Shown in pieces: positions 57,759-64,000 of a DNA stretch of 64,000 nt. The notes below the pieces were generated by a model. It was not told the origin of the DNA. It searched no databases and saw only the letters and a list, made by a program, of their open reading frames with translations. Each line of letters begins with the position of its first letter. Positions within the stretch are counted from its first letter, which is position 1. Source of the DNA: Candidatus Latescibacterota bacterium (lineage in GTDB: Bacteria > Latescibacterota > UBA2968 > UBA8231). The position numbers and the translations under genes are program-made. The DNA is taken from contig OZ242005.1 in the NCBI GenBank assembly GCA_965204725.1, positions 2,752,001 through 2,816,000 on the forward strand, read 5' to 3'.

Positions 57759-59159
57759 ATGCCAGCTAAAAAGACCAACGTCATCATCTTAGGCATCGAC
57801 AGCTTGCGCGCCGATCATCTGAGTTGCTATGGCTACCACCGCCAGACCACGCCCCACATCGACCGCTTTGCCGCAGACGCCGTGCTCTTTGAAAAGAACT
57901 ACTCGGCCCACATTCCCACGACTTCGGCCTACGCCTCCATGCTCACCGGCCTCGACTGCTTCGGCACCAGCGTCGTGGCCCTGCGCCACCGCGGCGGCCT
58001 GCCCAAAAAAATTCGCACTCTGCCCGAGATCCTCCGCCGAAGCGGCTATAACACCGCGTGCGTCGGATTCACGGGCAACCCAAGTTCGCGTGGCTTCAGC
58101 CGCTACTTGGACTACCCAAGTTGGGGTTCCTTTGCCGAAGGCCGCAGCCCCAAGGCCGAAAACCTCAACCAAGTCGCCATCCCCGAGCTGGAGCGGCTCG
58201 CGCGCTCCAAGAAGCCCTTCTTCCTCTTCTTGCGCCACATGGACCCGCACGCCCCCTATCTGCCGCCGGCCCCGTTTGAGCGGATGTTTTATAGCGGCAA
58301 CGAATTCGACCCGAAAAACAAGAGCATGGAGCCGGTGTTTAGCTTCAAGCCCTTCTGCGACTTCTTTGCCGACTGGATGCCGCCCGGGGTGCGGGACCGC
58401 CACTACGTGGACGCCCAGTACGACGGTGCCATCGCCTATATGGACGCCTGCATTCAGCGCATCCTCACCCGCGTCGAAGAGCTGGGCTTGAGCGACAACA
58501 CCTTAATCGTCATCAACGGCGATCACGGCGAGACCCTGTACGAACACGAATGCTGGTACGACCATCACGGCCTCTACGAAAACACGCTGCACGTGCCGCT
58601 GATCATCCGCCTGCCCGGCAAGTTGCCCGCTGGCCAGCGCGTCGGGGGCATCGCGCTGCACCAAGATTTGGTCCCCACCGTGCTCAAGCTCCTCAACATC
58701 CGCACGGACATCGCATTCGATGGGCGGTCGCTGCTGCCGCTGATCGCGGGCCAAAGGGCTTCCAACTACTCGGACTTTTACATCACCGAATGCACTTGGA
58801 TGCGCAAACACGGCTGGCGTACCCCGGAGTGGAAGCTGATGGTCGCGCTAGAGCCGGACTTTCACTTTAAGCCCGAAGTCGAGCTCTACAACTTGGTCGC
58901 CGACCCGCTGGAGCTGAAAAACTTGGCCAAGAAAGAGCCGGGGATCGCTGCCGCCCTGAAGGATCGGATGGAGGCTTGGATCGCCAAACGCGAGCGGGAG
59001 ACGGGCGCGACCAACCCAATGTTCACCAATTTGCAATGGCATGGCTCGAAAACGCACGAGGGGCCGTTCAAGACATCGCAACAGGCGTACGACACCCTGC
59101 ACATCGGCTCGGTAGGTGCGGCCGACAGATTGCAGGCGGCGGACAGAAAGGGGTCGTAG
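57759..59159 (+). CDS. Sulfatase-like (alkaline phosphatase superfamily) hydrolase with non-canonical active site
   Basis: NVIILGIDSLRADH, DPHAPY, GDHGE, HVPLII; PTTSAYAS in place of CxPxRAS. Confidence 0.85.
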   Translation: MPAKKTNVIILGIDSLRADHLSCYGYHRQTTPHIDRFAADAVLFEKNYSAHIPTTSAYASMLTGLDCFGTSVVALRHRGGLPKKIRTLPEILRRSGYNTACVGFTGNPSSRGFSRYLDYPSWGSFAEGRSPKAENLNQVAIPELERLARSKKPFFLFLRHMDPHAPYLPPAPFERMFYSGNEFDPKNKSMEPVFSFKPFCDFFADWMPPGVRDRHYVDAQYDGAIAYMDACIQRILTRVEELGLSDNTLIVINGDHGETLYEHECWYDHHGLYENTLHVPLIIRLPGKLPAGQRVGGIALHQDLVPTVLKLLNIRTDIAFDGRSLLPLIAGQRASNYSDFYITECTWMRKHGWRTPEWKLMVALEPDFHFKPEVELYNLVADPLELKNLAKKEPGIAAALKDRMEAWIAKRERETGATNPMFTNLQWHGSKTHEGPFKTSQQAYDTLHIGSVGAADRLQAADRKGS

Positions 59160-59210
59160 CGATGCCCCGCCCGCTCCTATATTGCGAGGCACTTTAGAGG
59201 GGAGCACACC

Positions 59211-59774
59211 ATGACCACCCAGCCGCAGGGCCGCGTCTTCACGGTCGGCGAGTACTACCGCATGGCCGAGGTCAACATTCTTACCGAGGAGGACCGCGTT
59301 GAGCTTATCGCCGGGCAGATCGTCGCCATGAGCCCCATTGGTAGCCGGCACGCCGCTTGTGTCGATCGGCTCAACGGCTTACTGCATCGCCAGCCGGGGC
59401 CAGCCTTCATCGTGCGAGTGCAAAGCCCCATCGCCCTCGACGCGTACTCCGAACCGGAGCCTGACCTAGTGCTGCTCGAGCCCCGCGCCGACTTTTACGC
59501 GGCGGCTCATCCGTCGGCCGGCGATGTGCTGCTAGCCATTGAAGTCGCCGACACCTCGGCGAGCTACGACCGCGAGGTCAAGGTGCCGCTCTACGCGCAA
59601 GCCGGGCTTCCCGAAGTGTGGCTGATCGATCTGCAACAAGGCCGCATTGAGGTGTTCGCCCGTCCCCAAGGCAACGCCTACCAACAGCGCGTCGAAGTCG
59701 CCGCCGACGATGCCTTCACCTCGCCGACCGTCGCTGGCCTAACACTGACGGCCGCCGACCTGTTGGGGAGCTAG
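59211..59774 (+). CDS. Uma2-family PD-(D/E)xK endonuclease-like protein, copy 1
   Basis: RVELIAGQIVAMSP, EPEPD, IEVAD, K.PLYA.AG.PEVWLID. Confidence 0.92.
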   Translation: MTTQPQGRVFTVGEYYRMAEVNILTEEDRVELIAGQIVAMSPIGSRHAACVDRLNGLLHRQPGPAFIVRVQSPIALDAYSEPEPDLVLLEPRADFYAAAHPSAGDVLLAIEVADTSASYDREVKVPLYAQAGLPEVWLIDLQQGRIEVFARPQGNAYQQRVEVAADDAFTSPTVAGLTLTAADLLGS

Positions 59775-59776
59775 CT

Positions 59777-60337
59777 ATGACCACTCAGCCGCAGGGCCGC
59801 GTCTTCACGGTCGGCGAGTACTACCGCATGGCCGAGGCGAGCATTCTTACCGAGGAGGACCGCGTTGAACTTATCGCCGGGCAGATCGTCGCCATGAGCC
59901 CCATTGGCAGCCGACACGCCGCTTGTGTAAAACGCCTCAATCTGTTGCTGGGAAAAATGATCGGGGATTCCATGCTGCTCGGCGTCCAAGACCCCATCGC
60001 CCTCGACGCGTACTCCGAACCGGAGCCTGACCTAGTGTTGCTCCGGCCCCGCGCCGACTTTTACGCTACCGCCCATCCGGCGGCAGGCGACGTGCTGCTG
60101 GCCATTGAAGTCGCCGACACCTCGGCGAGCTACGACCGCGAGGTCAAGGTGCCGCTCTACGCGCAGGCCGGGATTCCCGAAGTGTGGCTGATCGATCTGC
60201 AACAAGGCCGCATTGAGGTGTACGCCCGTCCCCAAGGCAACGCCTACCAACAGCGCATCCAAGTCGCCGCCAACGATGCCTTCACCTCGCCGACCGTCGC
60301 CGGCCTAACACTGGCGGCAGCCGACCTGTTGGGCTGA
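59777..60337 (+). CDS. Uma2-family protein, copy 2 (tandem duplicate)
   Basis: Same motifs; near-identical DNA to copy 1 at an offset of 566 bp. Confidence 0.92.
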   Translation: MTTQPQGRVFTVGEYYRMAEASILTEEDRVELIAGQIVAMSPIGSRHAACVKRLNLLLGKMIGDSMLLGVQDPIALDAYSEPEPDLVLLRPRADFYATAHPAAGDVLLAIEVADTSASYDREVKVPLYAQAGIPEVWLIDLQQGRIEVYARPQGNAYQQRIQVAANDAFTSPTVAGLTLAAADLLG

Positions 60338-60339
60338 CT

Positions 60340-61485
60340 TCACGTCCCCGTCGCCCACGCCCAATCCAGCCACGGGACTAGTGCTTCAATGTCGCTGGTT
60401 TCCACGGTCCCGCCACCCCAGATCCGCAGGCCGGGCGGCGCGGCGCGGTAGCCGTTGATGTCGTAGGCCACGCCTTCGGCCTCCAGCGCGGCGACCATTT
60501 GTTGGACCTTCGCTCGCTGAGCGGCCTCGCCCAAGCCTGAGTACCGCGCATCGTCAATCCGCAGGCAAATCGACGTACTAGAACGAACCGCTCGGCGCGT
60601 CGGCAAAAACGCGATCCACTCGCTTGTAGCTTCCCACTGCTCTAGCACCGCGAGGTTGGCCTGCGTGCGCCGCACGAGTTCGGGCAGGCCGCCGATGCGC
60701 TCGGCCCAGCGCAGCCCGTCGAGCGCGTCTTCCACGCACAGCAGGGAGGGCGTGTTGATGGTGTCGCCCCGGAACAGTGCCTCGTTGAGCTGGCCGCCTT
60801 GAGTCATGCGGAAGAGTTTGGGTACGGGCCAAGGCGGCGTGAAGCGGGCGAGCCGCTCAACCGCCCGCGGGCTTAGGATGAGCATTCCGTGCGCGGCCTC
60901 GCCGCCCATGACCTTTTGCCAAGAGTACGTGACTACGTCGAGCTTTTCCCACGGCAGGTTCACGGCAAAAACCGCGGACGTCGCATCGCAGATGGTCAGG
61001 CCCGTGCGGTCAGCGGCGATCCACTCGCCATCGGGCACCTTCACCCCAGAGGTTGTGCCGTTCCACGCAAAGACCACGTCGCGGTCGCCGTTGATCGAGG
61101 ACAAGTCGGGTAGCTCCCCGAAGTCAGCGTCGAAGACGCGCACGTCCTCTATCTGCAAGTGTTGGGTGATATTCGTCGCCCATCCCCGGCTGAAACTTTC
61201 CCAAGACAGCACATCCACGCCTCGGGGCCCCAACAGCGACCACAGGCACATCTCCACGGCCCCCGTATCCGAACCCGGCACCACCCCGATGCGGTAGTCT
61301 GCCGGCACCCCCAGTAGCGCACGCGACCGCTCAATGACCTCCTGTAGCTTAGCCCGCCCTTGCGCTGACCGGTGGGAGCGCCCGAGGGCTGCGTCGGCCA
61401 AAGCGGCCAAGCTCCACCCGGGGCGCTTGGCGCATGGACCCGAGGAAAAGCAGGGGTTTTGCGGTTTGACGGCTGGCTTGGTCAT
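60340..61485 (-). CDS. serC: Phosphoserine aminotransferase (Methanosarcina/alphaproteobacterial type)
   Basis: [40 protein letters not shown]. Confidence 0.92.
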   Translation of the reverse strand: MTKPAVKPQNPCFSSGPCAKRPGWSLAALADAALGRSHRSAQGRAKLQEVIERSRALLGVPADYRIGVVPGSDTGAVEMCLWSLLGPRGVDVLSWESFSRGWATNITQHLQIEDVRVFDADFGELPDLSSINGDRDVVFAWNGTTSGVKVPDGEWIAADRTGLTICDATSAVFAVNLPWEKLDVVTYSWQKVMGGEAAHGMLILSPRAVERLARFTPPWPVPKLFRMTQGGQLNEALFRGDTINTPSLLCVEDALDGLRWAERIGGLPELVRRTQANLAVLEQWEATSEWIAFLPTRRAVRSSTSICLRIDDARYSGLGEAAQRAKVQQMVAALEAEGVAYDINGYRAAPPGLRIWGGGTVETSDIEALVPWLDWAWATGT

Positions 61486-62241
61486 CTACTCGGTCCGCGC
61501 CAGCATCCCGCCATCTACGGTGAGTGCGGTTCCGGTGATAAAGGACGCCTCGTCCGAGGCGAGGAACAGCACGGCGTTGGCGATGTCCTCGCCGGTGCCT
61601 AGCCGCTTGGCGGGGACCATGTTCGCATAGCGCTGCTGTTCTCGCTCGGAGACCCCCTTCCACAAGGGCGTCAGAATGGCCCCGGGCAGTACGGCGCAGA
61701 CGCGGATGTCCGGCCCGTAGTCAATAGCGAGGGTCCGCGTCAGGCCCAAAACGCCGGCCTTGGCCGCGTCGTAGGCCGTGGCCGTGGCAAAGCTGACCAG
61801 CGAATGCACCGATCCGGTGTTGATAATCACTCCGCCCCCGGTTTTGCGCATGACCGGGATGCCGTATTTGGCGGCGAGGAAAATCGCCTTCAAGCCGATG
61901 TTTAACGTCCCGTCCCAATCCTTTTCCTCGAGTTCGGTCGCCGGGCCGTGGCGGAACCATATCGCGTTGTTGTGGACGATGTCCACCCGGCCAAAGGCTG
62001 CTTGAGTGCGCTCAAACATCTCAACAACCTCGGCGGCCTCGCCCACATTGGTACGCACGAAGATGGCCTCGCCGCCGCTGGCCTTGATTGTATCGACGAC
62101 CTGCTGGCCGCCATCAACGTTGACATCCGCGACGCACACGGCCGCCCCTTCGCACGCCAAAACCTGCGCGGTGGCTTCCCCAATCCCCGAAGCCGCGCCC
62201 GTTACAATGGCCGCCTTACCGGCGACTCGTCCCTTGGTCAT
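61486..62241 (-). CDS. SDR oxidoreductase
   Basis: TGAASGIG, NNA, YDAAK, VDGG. Confidence 0.92.
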   Translation of the reverse strand: MTKGRVAGKAAIVTGAASGIGEATAQVLACEGAAVCVADVNVDGGQQVVDTIKASGGEAIFVRTNVGEAAEVVEMFERTQAAFGRVDIVHNNAIWFRHGPATELEEKDWDGTLNIGLKAIFLAAKYGIPVMRKTGGGVIINTGSVHSLVSFATATAYDAAKAGVLGLTRTLAIDYGPDIRVCAVLPGAILTPLWKGVSEREQQRYANMVPAKRLGTGEDIANAVLFLASDEASFITGTALTVDGGMLARTE

Positions 62242-62264
62242 AGTTGGTCTCCTGTGTCAGAAAT

Positions 62265-63179
62265 TTACGTTTTGTGCAAAGCGTGTTTGAAGCGATCAAT
62301 TGCCTTCTCTGCGTCCTCTGCCTCCTCAATACCCTCTCCCCGAGCGGCTTTCAGATGGAGATTCAGAGCATATTCGCAGCAATGTGCAATGTAGGCGATA
62401 AATTCGGCCAAATCTTCACTCTTGTCGGCCTGCTCCAGCGAGTTGATGTATCGGTTCCGCTCCTGTATGGGTATGATTGCCACTGTGTAGCCGTGCTTGA
62501 TTAAGATCATATTCATCAGAAGCCGAGCCATGCGTCCGTTTCCATCGTCAAAAGGATGAATGCGGACAAAGCGGTAGTGGAACGTGGCAGCTATGATAAT
62601 GGGGTGTTCGCCCTCGTTCTCGTTCCTTCTGTACCAGTCTATGAGATCGCTCATAGCCGGTTTCACCTGCTCCGGCGGCGTAAAATAGTACATCTCGCCG
62701 GTAGAAGTTCGCACGTTATTGGGCTGTGTTTTGTAATCGCCAATCGCAATGCGCCGCTTCGTGGGCTGTCCTGCGGGCGTTATGGCGTCGTTTTCATAAG
62801 GCTCCTTCAACAACACTTGATGGAGATTGCGGATGAAGACCTCGTTGAGCGATTCGTTTCTCTTTACGGCATCCTCTATCGCCTTTACCGCCTCGTCATG
62901 CCCCTCGATGTCTAGGTGATCACGCATGGGCTTCCCGCGGGCCGTAAGCCCATGGAGGATCAGGCTCCTCGTTTCGCCGAGGGTCAGGCTGTTGCCTTCT
63001 ATCGCATTGGAATGATAGTTCGACTCAAGCCTGAGCTTTTGTTCTATCCGTCCCACGACATCAGCCGGCAATGGCCGCAATGCGTCCAATTCCCCTTTCA
63101 GGCGATCAATTTCTTCAAGGATCGTCGCGCCAGCCGAAGCGTCAATGCTGCTCATGATTTTCTTATCGTCTAGCCTCAT
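62265..63179 (-). CDS. Fic-family protein with N-terminal autoinhibitory motif
   Basis: HPFDDGNGRMAR catalytic motif; SNAIEGN. Confidence 0.92.
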   Translation of the reverse strand: MRLDDKKIMSSIDASAGATILEEIDRLKGELDALRPLPADVVGRIEQKLRLESNYHSNAIEGNSLTLGETRSLILHGLTARGKPMRDHLDIEGHDEAVKAIEDAVKRNESLNEVFIRNLHQVLLKEPYENDAITPAGQPTKRRIAIGDYKTQPNNVRTSTGEMYYFTPPEQVKPAMSDLIDWYRRNENEGEHPIIIAATFHYRFVRIHPFDDGNGRMARLLMNMILIKHGYTVAIIPIQERNRYINSLEQADKSEDLAEFIAYIAHCCEYALNLHLKAARGEGIEEAEDAEKAIDRFKHALHKT

Positions 63180-63185
63180 GGCCGC

Positions 63186-63530
63186 TCAGATGTGCAATTG
63201 CAAGTCAAACACGAGTTCCATGTTGGCCCACCACTCTCCCTCTTTGGCTTCGGGCACCTGCTGCTGAAAGGTCCGCATCAGCTCGTCCCACTCCTTCGCT
63301 TTGGGGTTCTGCTCGACATAGCGCGGAAAGTCGCGGAGTGGATCGAACTCGTCGGTGGCGGTCATGTACATGAACATCCGCTGCCCCAAGAGAAAAATTT
63401 TCATGTCGGTGATGCCGATCTCGGCTAGGCCCTGAAGCGGCTCGGGCCACGGGTCGGCGTGGTATGCCTTGTACTGGGCGATCAGCTCGGGATCGTCCTT
63501 TAGCTCAATGGTTAGGCCAAAGTGCTGCAT
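63186..63530 (-). CDS. L-rhamnose/L-fucose mutarotase-family protein
   Basis: YKAYH..PWPE, MFMYM, EWDELM, WWANMELVF. Confidence 0.88.
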   Translation of the reverse strand: MQHFGLTIELKDDPELIAQYKAYHADPWPEPLQGLAEIGITDMKIFLLGQRMFMYMTATDEFDPLRDFPRYVEQNPKAKEWDELMRTFQQQVPEAKEGEWWANMELVFDLQLHI

Positions 63531-64000
63531 TGCGTTCCTCCTTGGTGTTCAGCGCGGTAAGCCGCGGCCAAAAGCGATACGGGGTGGACGACGACCACGG
63601 CCGCTTGGGCGCGGCGGACGCCGTATTGGAGCTGGATGGCACAGCCTGTGTTGCCCGTGGCGACTGCGGTCGCGCCGGTCGCGCACACGTGCGCCATCTT
63701 GCGGTCGAGTAGCTGCATAGACAGCTCGGGCTGGGTGATGTTGTAGATGCCGGCACTGCCGCAGCACCAGTCGGCCTCTAACAGCGGCACGAGTTCCAAA
63801 TTCGGTACGGCTTGGAGCACCGCTCGCGGGGCCGCGGAAACCCGCTGCCCGTGCTTGAGGTGGCACGACTCGTGATAGGCGACCTGTTGGGGGGGCATTG
63901 TGGCGCGAGGTGGGCGCAAGCCGATGGCGGCGAGCCACTCGTGGACGTCCTTTGTTTTTTTGCTCCACTCGGCAGCCCGCTCTGCGTAGGCCGAATCGTC
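63512..64000 (-). CDS. GlcF-like Fe-S (CCG-domain) protein, C-terminal part only
   Basis: YHESCHL.HGQ, WCCGSAGIYN, TGNTGC; runs off the window edge. Confidence 0.8.
   Translation of the reverse strand, partial: DDSAYAERAAEWSKKTKDVHEWLAAIGLRPPRATMPPQQVAYHESCHLKHGQRVSAAPRAVLQAVPNLELVPLLEADWCCGSAGIYNITQPELSMQLLDRKMAHVCATGATAVATGNTGCAIQLQYGVRRAQAAVVVVHPVSLLAAAYRAEHQGGTQCSTLA

Noticed and set aside
59211-60337. Diversity-generating retroelement TR/VR pair
   Set aside because: Differences are not adenine-specific, both copies are full ORFs, and no reverse transcriptase is present

Overview
High-GC, gene-dense bacterial chromosomal window with about 60 CDS. I saw no rRNA, tRNA, transposase, integrase or CRISPR array. 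The gene content suggests a Latescibacterota/Poribacteria-like organism, possibly host- or sponge-associated; this is inference only. It rests on three sulfatase-family genes, several exported proteins with FlgD-Ig/T9SS-like C-termini, a WGRIK-tailed protein, a DUF6785-type membrane protein, CRTAC1/ASPIC, Uma2 paralogs and an ankyrin-inserted acyltransferase. Highlights: (1) two probable selenoprotein genes split by the ORF track at in-frame TGA codons, each followed by a SECIS-like hairpin: a DUF5069-like gene coupled to a flavin oxidoreductase (32487-32753) and an ArsC-like UxxC protein (51204-51554); (2) a 13-kb cluster of paralogous exported proteins, a large acidic exported protein and a polytopic membrane protein (2684-15599) that may be an undescribed envelope/uptake system; (3) AT-rich islets carrying a Panacea antitoxin with a membrane partner, and a stand-alone proteasome-beta-like Thr hydrolase with a small ORF; (4) two MITEs, an orphan type I-E-like CRISPR repeat, gene remnants and tandem Uma2 genes with a swapped 64-bp block. 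All family assignments come from motif recognition, not database searches.
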